A stretch of DNA of 64,000 bases, from IMG/VR virus record IMGVR_UViG_3300032285_001531; one strand, given 5' to 3'. How positions within the stretch are numbered: the stretch's first letter is position 1; the number at the start of each line of letters is the position of its first letter. A program made the position numbers and the translations under genes. Source of the stretch: a virus (lineage: Duplodnaviria; Caudoviricetes). The notes beneath the pieces were generated by a model that was not told where the DNA came from, searched no databases, and was given only the letters and a program-made list of their open reading frames with translations. Shown one piece after another: positions 1 to 8,652 of the stretch.

Positions 1-13
1 GTACGTTGACCAA

Positions 14-205
14 ATGAAGTATTGGTATAAATTGGTAGATCATTACTATGACAATGAACATTGGAAATGCAGTGATGTTGCTCCCACTGGCAGTATTAGT
101 GAATGGATAAAACATGAATTCGATGGTATTATTGATTGGCAAGATAAGAAAATATACTTTAATGATCCTAAAAGACTTTCTTGGTTTGTTCTTAAATGGT
201 CATGA
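14..205 (+). CDS. small phage protein, F-x-L-K-W C-terminal family
   Basis: 63 aa, ends YFNDPKRLSWFVLKWS; tandem with similar ORFs. Confidence 0.7.
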   Translation: MKYWYKLVDHYYDNEHWKCSDVAPTGSISEWIKHEFDGIIDWQDKKIYFNDPKRLSWFVLKWS

Positions 206-393
206 CATATCCAGTAAAAATATATTGGAAAAATGGTGATAGTATTAGTGACTGGAACGAGAAATGCATTCAAGTTATGGAACACTTTGGATTGCCAGGA
301 AACAAATATACTACTACAGTAACAGATGAACACATGACTTTTAATTTTAACCAATCAGAAGATGCAGTATTATTCAAGCTAAAATGCCTGTAA
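196..393 (+). CDS. small phage protein, F-x-L-K family
   Basis: ends FNFNQSEDAVLFKLKCL. Confidence 0.7.
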   Translation: MVMTYPVKIYWKNGDSISDWNEKCIQVMEHFGLPGNKYTTTVTDEHMTFNFNQSEDAVLFKLKCL

Positions 394-399
394 TAATCT

Positions 400-618
400 A
401 TGATTGAGATTGTACTTCACAAGCGTAGTCCAGATCAAATAATTAATATTGTTCGCAGTATGAAAGAACATGGAATGGTAGAAGGTAAGGACTTTGCTTT
501 TAGGTATAATCAAAGTAAATGGGATCCATTTGATTATGAAGCCATATCTGCCGAGCATACTGTGTTTGTATTCTATGAAGAAAAGTATGCTACTTGGTTT
601 CAGTTGAGGTGGGCATGA
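400..618 (+). CDS. small phage protein, F-x-L-R-W family
   Basis: ends FYEEKYATWFQLRWA. Confidence 0.7.
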   Translation: MIEIVLHKRSPDQIINIVRSMKEHGMVEGKDFAFRYNQSKWDPFDYEAISAEHTVFVFYEEKYATWFQLRWA

Positions 619-842
619 TTACACTGCACCGACATCAGTGGGTAAAGATTAAAGAACAGTTAAAAGAAGAATACAAAGAGACTCCTTCGGTAATGTTATT
701 TCGTATGAAGATGAAAACAGTATTAGGTTTTACTATTCGTGAAAATAACTATTGGGATGATGACGTAGAACGTAGGCATATTGTATACCTTGATTTTTTT
801 GATGACCAAAAAGAAATTGTATTCAGATTAAAATATCTATGA
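615..842 (+). CDS. small phage protein, F-x-L-K family
   Basis: ATG at 615 overlaps previous stop (ATGA); ends FFDDQKEIVFRLKYL. Confidence 0.7.
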   Translation: MITLHRHQWVKIKEQLKEEYKETPSVMLFRMKMKTVLGFTIRENNYWDDDVERRHIVYLDFFDDQKEIVFRLKYL

Positions 843-1036
843 CTTATACTCGCCGACACCCTTATACCCATATTAAGAATTTTCAAACTCAAAATGAGTC
901 AACCGAACATATTAAATGGTGTCGTAGAAATTTAGGTGAACGTGGCAGAGACTGGGACTTTGTTGGATCCATAAATCTAACTGTTATGATATATACCGAA
1001 AAATACATTTCTTTTTATAAACTCATTTATGAATGA
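839..1036 (+). CDS. small phage protein, same family (divergent)
   Basis: IKWCRRNLGERGRDWDF...YTEKYISFYKLIYE; ATGA-coupled. Confidence 0.65.
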   Translation: MTYTRRHPYTHIKNFQTQNESTEHIKWCRRNLGERGRDWDFVGSINLTVMIYTEKYISFYKLIYE

Positions 1037-1080
1037 CCAAAACATTTTACTTGTCATATGTTTAATGTTATAATTAATAC

Positions 1081-1536
1081 ATGGAAGAAGTATATTACAA
1101 AAAAGTCGGACGTAAATATGTAGAAGTAGCACGTGGTGATGTAATTGATAGTTTTCCTATTGGCGCATCATTAGTTATCGCTGAACCAGGTACAACAATG
1201 AAGTACTATAAGATTGATCCTGCATTAGCTCCAATGGTAGCAGCAAGTCAAAATGCCAAACAAATATTAAGTAAAGTTCTTATGGATGAACTATCACTAC
1301 GTCCTAGTAAAAAACTATACACAGAAGAACAAGCTACTGCTTGGAAAAAACTAAGCGAAACATTAGGAGAAGAAATTCATCCACTAGCATGGCCTAGTGT
1401 CTATGCAGCAGTAGAAGCAGCTATGAAAGTGTTGCAAGAGGATGCTAAACATATGTTAAAGTATCCTGCAGTAAAAAAAGCATACGAAGAATTTTTATTA
1501 GTATACAAATTAACTAAGGAAGAATATGACAAATAA
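1081..1536 (+). CDS. hypothetical phage protein
   Basis: 151-aa ORF after an AT-rich promoter-like gap. Confidence 0.7.
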   Translation: MEEVYYKKVGRKYVEVARGDVIDSFPIGASLVIAEPGTTMKYYKIDPALAPMVAASQNAKQILSKVLMDELSLRPSKKLYTEEQATAWKKLSETLGEEIHPLAWPSVYAAVEAAMKVLQEDAKHMLKYPAVKKAYEEFLLVYKLTKEEYDK

Positions 1537-1999
1537 TCTGATAGCAAAGCCAGTAGTTAAAAATCAGTACTGGATCGTTACAGACGGTAAACATAAAGTG
1601 GGCAATGTACTTGCTACTGGATCTGGGTATGAAGTAAAGATCGGAAATGCAAAGAAAGAATATCCTAATACTAAAACAATTGCTAATAAAGAGCATATTG
1701 AATTTGTTGCTCCTATTAAATCAGTAAAGAAAGATATTAATCCATATAGTGAATATCCTACAGGAACTAATAAAGTCTATAACAGTGTTTTGGATGTAAA
1801 GCGTAAGATTCACTTATTTACTAAAACTCCAAAAAGTAAGTGTTATTATGCAGCAGGGTGGTTTGTAGTTAAGCAGGGGACGGAATACATGGTAATGCTG
1901 AGTCCTAAATACATCTTTGTACAACGATATGAGTGTTATGGTCCATTTGCTACTAAAACCGAAGCAGGAGACACAAAAAACTTGATAAATACAATATGA
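1526..1999 (+). CDS. hypothetical phage protein
   Basis: 157-aa ORF in tightly coupled operon. Confidence 0.7.
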   Translation: MTNNLIAKPVVKNQYWIVTDGKHKVGNVLATGSGYEVKIGNAKKEYPNTKTIANKEHIEFVAPIKSVKKDINPYSEYPTGTNKVYNSVLDVKRKIHLFTKTPKSKCYYAAGWFVVKQGTEYMVMLSPKYIFVQRYECYGPFATKTEAGDTKNLINTI

Positions 2000-2208
2000 T
2001 CCATATTAAAAGATTTATAGATAAAGTTGCTAGTATGGAAGGTAAACAAGGAAGGGACGTAATACTACCCATAGCTGATGCTAGGTCTTTACGTGACGAA
2101 ATAGCAAAATTAATTATTGACCGTCATGGCGAAGCAGTAGCAGAAACAACTCCGAGGCCACAGAACAACGAGGTTATTCAAGTTGAAGTTAAGGGCGGTC
2201 GATGGTAA
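1996..2208 (+). CDS. hypothetical phage protein
   Basis: ATGA overlap with previous ORF. Confidence 0.7.
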   Translation: MIHIKRFIDKVASMEGKQGRDVILPIADARSLRDEIAKLIIDRHGEAVAETTPRPQNNEVIQVEVKGGRW

Positions 2209-2212
2209 CTTA

Positions 2213-2506
2213 ATGAGTAGAACACAACCCAAAGTCATATTAGAAATAGTAGACAAAACTACTTACAAAAATGATCAAATTGTAGAGGCTGCAGGTATAT
2301 GGGCAGTATTCTACGATGGGCAACCTATTAACCTCAAAAGCCAACACTATATTGATAGTGAGTCCGTACCTAAATACAAGAAAACTAGTTTCAGTAATCC
2401 GGGACATGCACGTAATCTGTGTAGAAAGTTAAATGCCCAATTCAAAACAGACAAATTTAGTGTAGTGTTTATGAACTCGGGTACAAAAGTGTACCCTGAT
2501 GAATAA
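2213..2506 (+). CDS. hypothetical phage protein
   Basis: ATG at 2213 (MSRTQPKV) preferred over TTG at 2183. Confidence 0.7.
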   Translation: MSRTQPKVILEIVDKTTYKNDQIVEAAGIWAVFYDGQPINLKSQHYIDSESVPKYKKTSFSNPGHARNLCRKLNAQFKTDKFSVVFMNSGTKVYPDE

Positions 2507-2903
2507 GCATAATATAAAATGTGCAATCACAGAAGCCGTATTAAAAGAATTACCTGAAGGAAAAGTAATACCTATACAAAGTGCTATGTCATCATGGTGG
2601 GTAAACTTTAGAAATGAAGGTGGAATGCGATTAACCGATGTTGGATTAAAAGCATTTAAGAACGCAAACATTCAATCATACACATATGATGTAGATATTG
2701 ATAGACTAGTGGACGGTGGCATGAGTTACACCACATTATTACTACAGTGCAATAACAAGATTAATTGTCCGTATTATATAGGAAGATTTAAAGATAACAA
2801 GCAACCATATATAAAGATATTTGACGATAAGATAGCTATGCTTATTAGTTTATACGGCGATTTTTACGATTATTTAATTAGTGTTAAAAAGAAAACTAAA
2901 TAA
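2499..2903 (+). CDS. hypothetical phage protein
   Basis: 134-aa ORF, coupled. Confidence 0.7.
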   Translation: MNKHNIKCAITEAVLKELPEGKVIPIQSAMSSWWVNFRNEGGMRLTDVGLKAFKNANIQSYTYDVDIDRLVDGGMSYTTLLLQCNNKINCPYYIGRFKDNKQPYIKIFDDKIAMLISLYGDFYDYLISVKKKTK

Positions 2904-2919
2904 TTTTGTCGGAGGCGAT

Positions 2920-3075
2920 ATGACTGAAGAAAAGAAAAGCAAGAACCCATTCATTAACATGGCAAACGCAGCAAAAAAAGCAACAACAGTACCAGTGCAA
3001 CAAGGGAAAGCTCCTAAACCAAGCAAAGGATTTGGGGCAAAGAACGTAGTAAGAAGAACCGGACGAGGACGATAA
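2920..3075 (+). CDS. small basic hypothetical protein
   Basis: GGAGG at 2911-2915 before ATG 2920; Lys/Arg-rich. Confidence 0.65.
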   Translation: MTEEKKSKNPFINMANAAKKATTVPVQQGKAPKPSKGFGAKNVVRRTGRGR

Positions 3076-3076
3076 C

Positions 3077-3253
3077 ATGAAACTAATCACAGTAGCATTA
3101 ACAGCAGTATTAGCAGTTGGAACAGTATACGCAGCAGAACCAGCAAAATCAGGTACTACTGCAGAAGCGCCAGCAAAGGGTAAACTCTTGCTAGCCAAAA
3201 AGAAAGACCATAGTAAGGATGACGCAAAGCCTGTTAAAAAGAGTAAGAAGTAA
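3077..3253 (+). CDS. small secreted Ala/Lys-rich protein (58 aa)
   Basis: not in ORF track; MKLITVALTAVLAVGTVYA-AEPAK signal peptide then Lys-rich tail. Confidence 0.65.
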   Translation: MKLITVALTAVLAVGTVYAAEPAKSGTTAEAPAKGKLLLAKKKDHSKDDAKPVKKSKK

Positions 3254-3275
3254 TATTTTTTACGCAGTACAGCAT

Positions 3276-3283
3276 TATAAATA
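3276..3283 (+). promoter_or_regulatory. T4-type late promoter TATAAATA
   Basis: exact TATAAATA followed by hairpin 3295-3319 and CA-rich leader. Confidence 0.6.
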
Positions 3284-3344
3284 GTTTTACAGTTTTTGAG
3301 GTTCTGCAAAAACCTCAAACATACACATACACAAGGAGAAAAAT

Positions 3345-3611
3345 ATGTTTAATTTCAATATGTTCGATCAGAACGCATTCAAGGATTTGTATACAGCAAA
3401 TTTCTACATCGATATGCTACAAAAGACCAAATCTGTATTAACTGATAAAGTTATTACTGATCCAGTACTAAACAAAGCAGCACATGAGTTTTTAGATGCA
3501 CAAACAGTGTTTGCTAAAATGGTAGCTACTAACACTACTACTATTGCAAAACATAGCATTGATTCAATTAGCAAAACTTATTTTCCAAATAGTAAGTCAA
3601 AGGCCGAATAA
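3345..3611 (+). CDS. hypothetical helical protein (possibly phasin-like)
   Basis: AAGGAG RBS; amphipathic helical pattern. Confidence 0.6.
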   Translation: MFNFNMFDQNAFKDLYTANFYIDMLQKTKSVLTDKVITDPVLNKAAHEFLDAQTVFAKMVATNTTTIAKHSIDSISKTYFPNSKSKAE

Positions 3612-3769
3612 TGTTTGTACTACTAAACAAGGCTTTCAATAGCCTGTTCGGTGATAACCACGGCTCAGAAGTTGAACAGTACATTATAAGTAAGAATCCA
3701 AAAAATGCAGGTGATGTCGAATACTGGTTACAACAATACACTTACTCTACTAATAGAAATAAGTTATAA
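3611..3769 (+). CDS. small protein, DUF3563-like (tentative)
   Basis: not in ORF track; MFVLLNKAFNSLFGDNHGSEVEQYIISKNPKNAGDVEYWLQQY; TAATG coupling. Confidence 0.5.
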   Translation: MFVLLNKAFNSLFGDNHGSEVEQYIISKNPKNAGDVEYWLQQYTYSTNRNKL

Positions 3770-3846
3770 AATTGAATTACCCAGAAAGGTTTAAGCTACC
3801 TCAAAAAGCTGTATAATGTAACACTCACACACATAGGAGATTTAAA

Positions 3847-4122
3847 ATGAGTACAGAACTACCAAAACTACCAGAAGTAAAATTTAACAAGAACGGTTAC
3901 GAACTACGCACTGATATATTATCAATGGCTAAAGACATTGCAATGCAAGACTTTACTATGAAATTTCAAGGTTGGGAACTGACTGCAAAACGTGATGAAA
4001 AAACAGGTCAGATCGTTACACAAGTTGGTATGCCAGAGTTTCCAGGATTAGAAAAAATCCTAGAAAATGCAGAAAAGATGTATGGCTTTGTTAATCAAAG
4101 CACTAGTAAAGATAAGAAGTAA
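3847..4122 (+). CDS. hypothetical phage protein
   Basis: AGGAG RBS; KNGYELRTDILSMAKD motif. Confidence 0.75.
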   Translation: MSTELPKLPEVKFNKNGYELRTDILSMAKDIAMQDFTMKFQGWELTAKRDEKTGQIVTQVGMPEFPGLEKILENAEKMYGFVNQSTSKDKK

Positions 4123-4138
4123 TCTATAATACTTCACA

Positions 4139-4169
4139 CAAAGCCCGTTAATTCGGGCTTTACCTTTTT
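4139..4169 (+). terminator. intrinsic terminator
   Basis: AAGCCCG-TTAATT-CGGGCTT stem followed by T-rich tract. Confidence 0.7.
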
Positions 4170-4206
4170 GTTTACAAAGTTATTAATTTTAGTATATAAT
4201 ATCAGT

Positions 4207-4959
4207 ATGAAAGACCTTACACTTTATTGCAACTGCTATCCAGAACACGAGAACCAGCACACACAATATATGCAAAAGAACTTAATGTGTGGTTCTAGTA
4301 ATATATCTGAAGAATATCGTAGAGAACTATTAAAAAAGAATTTTTACTTTGATGATAACGGATACAATATTTCAGAACTTAACAACTACTTAGGTGATTT
4401 AACCGGATTATATTATATTTGGAAGAATACCTCTGAGGGTATTATTGGTACTAATCAGTATCGTAGACATTGGCTTGAAGAAGAAGTTGATAATCTAAAG
4501 TTTGATGAAAGAACCTTTTATATTTCTGCCCCTTTTAAATTCAACAATAGTGTATATGACCAATTCATTGAAAGTCATGGATCAATGATGATGAATGTTT
4601 TATATGAAGCTGCTAAGCATAAAAAAATTCATCTTACTACAGAAGATGTAGAGCAGTTAAAGAATATCAATGTACTATCCTCTTGTAATATGTTTTTCTC
4701 TCATAGAGATATTTTTAATAAACTTTGCGAGATTCATTTTGAAACTATGTTTGAGATTTATAATGGTGTTAAATATGCACTGCCATTTATACAAGATGAT
4801 AATCCATGGCATGTAAATCAACCTAGAACATTGGCATTTCTTTCAGAGAGAATATTAACATTAACATATTTGAACATAAACAAATATATACCTAATACTA
4901 AAATAAAATCAGTGTCATGGGTTAATAACGGAACTCTTATACATAAACATGATCATTAA
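4207..4959 (+). CDS. DUF4422-family glycan-biosynthesis-associated protein
   Basis: NISELN..LGDLTGLYYIWKN...IIGTNQYRR and FLSERIL motifs. Confidence 0.65.
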   Translation: MKDLTLYCNCYPEHENQHTQYMQKNLMCGSSNISEEYRRELLKKNFYFDDNGYNISELNNYLGDLTGLYYIWKNTSEGIIGTNQYRRHWLEEEVDNLKFDERTFYISAPFKFNNSVYDQFIESHGSMMMNVLYEAAKHKKIHLTTEDVEQLKNINVLSSCNMFFSHRDIFNKLCEIHFETMFEIYNGVKYALPFIQDDNPWHVNQPRTLAFLSERILTLTYLNINKYIPNTKIKSVSWVNNGTLIHKHDH

Positions 4960-4961
4960 TA

Positions 4962-6230
4962 ATGAACTTAACTGAAATCAGCAAACAATTCAATCCCGCA
5001 TACATTAAGAACTATGATAACTTTGATTCGTCAAAAGATAGTGTCTTATATGCAGGACCTTATTGGAATCATTTAGAACTTGAAGCGATACTTGATAGTG
5101 TACTCAACGGCAACTGGATAGTAAGTGGTCCTAAAGTAGAACAGTTTCAGGATGAATTCGCTAAGAAGTTTAACGTTGGTTATAGCCACATGGTCAATAG
5201 TGGTAGTAGTGCTAATCTAGTTATGATAGCAGCATTGAAGAAACGTTTTCGTTGGAATGACAACGATGAAATTATTGTTAGCCCGGTTGGCTTCCCTACA
5301 ACTATTGCACCTATTGTACAAAACAAACTAACACCCAAGTTTATTGACATTGAGTTTGATACATTGAACTTTGATGTTAATTTAATAGAAGAGGCAATAA
5401 ACAAAAAAACACGAGCAATCATTGTAAGTCCTGTACTAGCTAATCCACCTGACATGGACAGAATCAAACAGATATGCGTTGACAATGATTTGTTATTGAT
5501 TGGTGATAACTGTGATAGTCTTGGTACATTATACAATGATAAGCCATTAAGTGATTACTATTATAGTTGGAGTTGTAGTTTCTATCCCGCACATCATATC
5601 AGCACTGGTGAAGGTGGAATGGTGTCAAGTAACGATAAGTTTCTTATTGACTTAGTGCGTAGTATTAGTTGGTGGGGTAGAGATTGTTATTGTACAGGTG
5701 TTAACAACACATTGAGTTGTGGTACATGTGGTAAGCGTTTTGATTACTGGCTAGAGAACTATGATGGTATTATTGACCACAAGTATATCTATAGTAACAT
5801 GGGATACAATCTTAAGCCACTTGACTTACAAGGTGCAGTTGGTTCAGTACAACTAACTAAGGTAGATGATATATGCACTAAACGCAAACATAATAAAGAA
5901 CAGATAGAACAAATGCTCGTGCGTCATTTAGGTATTGTACCTGTTAAAGTATATAAGAACGCTGACCCTAGTTGGTTCGGTGTACCTATTGTATGTCGTA
6001 AACAGGGTGAGAAAGAGTTATTAGTAGCTCATTTTGAAGCAAACAGAATACAAACACGTAATTATTTTGGTGGCAATATCTTATTGCACCCGGCGTATAA
6101 ACACTTAGGTGACTACAAGAAATTCCCTAATGCAAACAAAGTATTAGACTATGTTTTTTTCTTGGGTTGCAGTCCGTTGTATAACGACAGTGTATTAGAT
6201 TATTTTAATGAAGTGATTAAGAAATGGTAA
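4962..6230 (+). CDS. rfbH: CDP-4-keto-6-deoxy-D-glucose 3-dehydrase (DegT/DnrJ family, RfbH/DdhC)
   Basis: NSGSSANL, DNCDSLG, SFYPAHHISTGEGG (His in place of the catalytic Lys), WGRDCYC, GYNLKP. Confidence 0.9.
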   Translation: MNLTEISKQFNPAYIKNYDNFDSSKDSVLYAGPYWNHLELEAILDSVLNGNWIVSGPKVEQFQDEFAKKFNVGYSHMVNSGSSANLVMIAALKKRFRWNDNDEIIVSPVGFPTTIAPIVQNKLTPKFIDIEFDTLNFDVNLIEEAINKKTRAIIVSPVLANPPDMDRIKQICVDNDLLLIGDNCDSLGTLYNDKPLSDYYYSWSCSFYPAHHISTGEGGMVSSNDKFLIDLVRSISWWGRDCYCTGVNNTLSCGTCGKRFDYWLENYDGIIDHKYIYSNMGYNLKPLDLQGAVGSVQLTKVDDICTKRKHNKEQIEQMLVRHLGIVPVKVYKNADPSWFGVPIVCRKQGEKELLVAHFEANRIQTRNYFGGNILLHPAYKHLGDYKKFPNANKVLDYVFFLGCSPLYNDSVLDYFNEVIKKW

Positions 6231-7009
6231 ATTTATTCGGTAAAGGATTTATTGGGACACGATACTCAAATATATATCCATGCGTAGTCAATGAGCGTAA
6301 TGATTTGGTGCCTAAAATATCAAATGTATTATACATGATAAGCACTACGGACAACTACAATGTTAATGTAAATCCATATATTGATATTGAAACTAATCTT
6401 ACTACACTAATACGTGTATTAGAAAACTGCAAGAATAAGAACATGACATTCAACTTTATAAGTAGTTGGTTTGTCTATGGAAATAGTACATTACCATGTA
6501 GTGAAGATAGCGTATGTAATCCAAAAGGATTCTACAGTATCACTAAAAGGACAGCAGAGCAATTATTAATAGAATACTGTGAAAAATACGATATAAAATA
6601 CCGTATATTAAGATTAGCTAATGTCATAGGACCAAATGATAAAAACGTATCAGCGAAAAAGAACGTGTTGACCTATGTAGCTAATAGATTACTGCTTGGA
6701 CTTGATGTTGAACTATATGATGGTGGAGATTTTTACCGTGATTACATACATGTAGATGATGCGTGTAGAGCAATCAATCTTATATTAGAGAAGGGTGAAC
6801 TCAACACCATCTACAATGTAGGTAACAACGAGTCAATAAAATTTAAAGACGCTGTTAATTATATAGCAACATTAACTAAATCAAAATCTGTAATAACCAA
6901 CGTACCCGGAGAAGTATACGATATGAGTTTAGATTGTAGAAAGTTATTCGATTTGGGATATAGTCCGGAATACAATACGGATGCAATGTTACAAACGTTA
7001 CTGTCCTAA
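6224..7009 (+). CDS. NAD-dependent epimerase/dehydratase
   Basis: GKGFIG, ISSWFVYG, YSITK (YxxxK), RDYIHVDD. Confidence 0.85.
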   Translation: MVNLFGKGFIGTRYSNIYPCVVNERNDLVPKISNVLYMISTTDNYNVNVNPYIDIETNLTTLIRVLENCKNKNMTFNFISSWFVYGNSTLPCSEDSVCNPKGFYSITKRTAEQLLIEYCEKYDIKYRILRLANVIGPNDKNVSAKKNVLTYVANRLLLGLDVELYDGGDFYRDYIHVDDACRAINLILEKGELNTIYNVGNNESIKFKDAVNYIATLTKSKSVITNVPGEVYDMSLDCRKLFDLGYSPEYNTDAMLQTLLS

Positions 7010-7071
7010 TTCTTTACAACAAATCCACTGTGTTGTAAACTACTTTCATCAATCAACTAAAGGAGTTTTAA

Positions 7072-7362
7072 ATGAAAAAAGCAATACTTATTACAATTTT
7101 TGCATTGTTATCAACCAACAGTTATGCAAAAGACAACAGCGAAAGCGTAGGAATCTGTGCAGGTCATTACTATATGCTCATGCAATATGATAAAGTTGAA
7201 GAAATTATCAAACGTGCATCAGATGTTGCAAAAATGAAACAAGCTGCAAATGCTTGGATAGAAGTAATTTTGCGAGATGCAGAGAATGGCACTGATTTTG
7301 CATCAATACAAGCAAGAAAAGCATGTGTAATTGATTTAAAAATAAAATCATTTCCTAACTAA
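7072..7362 (+). CDS. secreted hypothetical protein
   Basis: AAGGAG RBS; signal peptide MKKAILITIFALLSTNSYA. Confidence 0.7.
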   Translation: MKKAILITIFALLSTNSYAKDNSESVGICAGHYYMLMQYDKVEEIIKRASDVAKMKQAANAWIEVILRDAENGTDFASIQARKACVIDLKIKSFPN

Positions 7363-7367
7363 AAGGC

Positions 7368-7396
7368 TTGACCTTGAATCATTTTGGGCATATACT
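7368..7396 (+). promoter_or_regulatory. sigma70-like early promoter
   Basis: TTGACC-17-TATACT with ATCATTTTGG in spacer. Confidence 0.7.
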
Positions 7397-7426
7397 AGCT
7401 TCACTAACTTAAATAAGGGGCTCAAA

Positions 7427-7738
7427 ATGAAACTGCAAATGAACGACACAGTAACTTGGTCTAGCGCAGCAGGTCAACTGACTGGTGTTATTACTAATAT
7501 TGTATTAGATTTAAATGCAGCAAGAAAAGTTGTTCCTTGGATTGATATCAAAACTGATAAAACTACAGTAAGACTGTGTGCTACTGATAGCAATCTTATA
7601 ATGATGAAAGTTCAATTAGTAGTTGATGCACCAAAAATGGTTGAACGTACAAACATCATGACCGGCAAGAAATTCATGGAGCCTGCAGATCGTCCCTACT
7701 TCTGCTCACCAAGTTCAGAAACTTTCTGGACAATGTAA
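7427..7738 (+). CDS. hypothetical phage protein
   Basis: AAGGGG RBS; 103 aa. Confidence 0.7.
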   Translation: MKLQMNDTVTWSSAAGQLTGVITNIVLDLNAARKVVPWIDIKTDKTTVRLCATDSNLIMMKVQLVVDAPKMVERTNIMTGKKFMEPADRPYFCSPSSETFWTM

Positions 7739-7746
7739 AATAGTTG

Positions 7747-7775
7747 TTGACTCTAAATCGTTTTGGATATATCAT
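7747..7775 (+). promoter_or_regulatory. sigma70-like early promoter
   Basis: TTGACT-17-TATCAT with ATCGTTTTGG in spacer. Confidence 0.65.
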
Positions 7776-7807
7776 ATACACATACACTAACAACACAGGA
7801 GCAAAAC

Positions 7808-8071
7808 ATGTCTAAATTAACCGCTTATGTAGATCGCAAAAACGCTTTTGGTTTACTATTTAATAGTAAATTCCGTCAGTTAAGTTTACAAAATGCTGCT
7901 GACCGTCAATCAATTGCTAATAGCATTGATGCTGAGTTAAGTCCAGAGAACTTAACTTGCGATGGCGAATTAAGCCGTTCACAAGTACAAGCTCGTTATA
8001 ACGAGTTGATGGCTATTGCAAAAGAGTTGCAAAAGTTGGATCCTGCTGTTAAATTTTACGATTATAACTAA
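7808..8071 (+). CDS. hypothetical phage protein
   Basis: CAGGAG RBS before ATG 7808. Confidence 0.7.
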   Translation: MSKLTAYVDRKNAFGLLFNSKFRQLSLQNAADRQSIANSIDAELSPENLTCDGELSRSQVQARYNELMAIAKELQKLDPAVKFYDYN

Positions 8072-8081
8072 GAGGTATAAC

Positions 8082-8270
8082 ATGAATAACTTAGAAATTT
8101 TAGCAAATGACATCGCCTTCCTGAGCAATGATAGTCTTGCTAAACTCGCAGAAATTTTAGTACGTGACTATACTACCCGTGCTAATGTTATGGAAGCAAA
8201 GTTGAACAGTTCATTGTTTGATCATGACATCAAAAACATGACTGCTGATATTGATATTATAGGGAGTTAA
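8082..8270 (+). CDS. hypothetical phage protein
   Basis: GAGG RBS before ATG 8082. Confidence 0.65.
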   Translation: MNNLEILANDIAFLSNDSLAKLAEILVRDYTTRANVMEAKLNSSLFDHDIKNMTADIDIIGS

Positions 8271-8272
8271 TC

Positions 8273-8644
8273 ATGGGTTTAGATATGTATGCTTATGTTG
8301 CAAATAAAGAAAGCAACCATTCTAGTGAATCAGCTAGTCAGGAAATAGCTTACTGGCGTAAGCATCCTAACTTACATGGTTGGATGGAAAGACTGTGGCG
8401 TAGTAAAAATGATTTACATGATCTAAATGATCCTATGTTCAACGGTGTTGAACTTGAGTTAACCTTCGATGATATTATGCAATTAGAAAAGGACATTAAC
8501 AATGGCACTCTACCCGGTACTTCAGGCTTCTTTTTTGGTAATAATGCTGACGATTATTATAAAGGGCAAGATTTGGAGTTCGTGTACGAAGCTAAATCAA
8601 GACTGTTCTTAGGTCAACGTGTGTTTTATAATTCAAGCTGGTAG
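8273..8644 (+). CDS. conserved phage hypothetical protein
   Basis: MGLDMY...YWRKHPNLHGW motif. Confidence 0.75.
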   Translation: MGLDMYAYVANKESNHSSESASQEIAYWRKHPNLHGWMERLWRSKNDLHDLNDPMFNGVELELTFDDIMQLEKDINNGTLPGTSGFFFGNNADDYYKGQDLEFVYEAKSRLFLGQRVFYNSSW

Positions 8645-8652
8645 GATATTAA

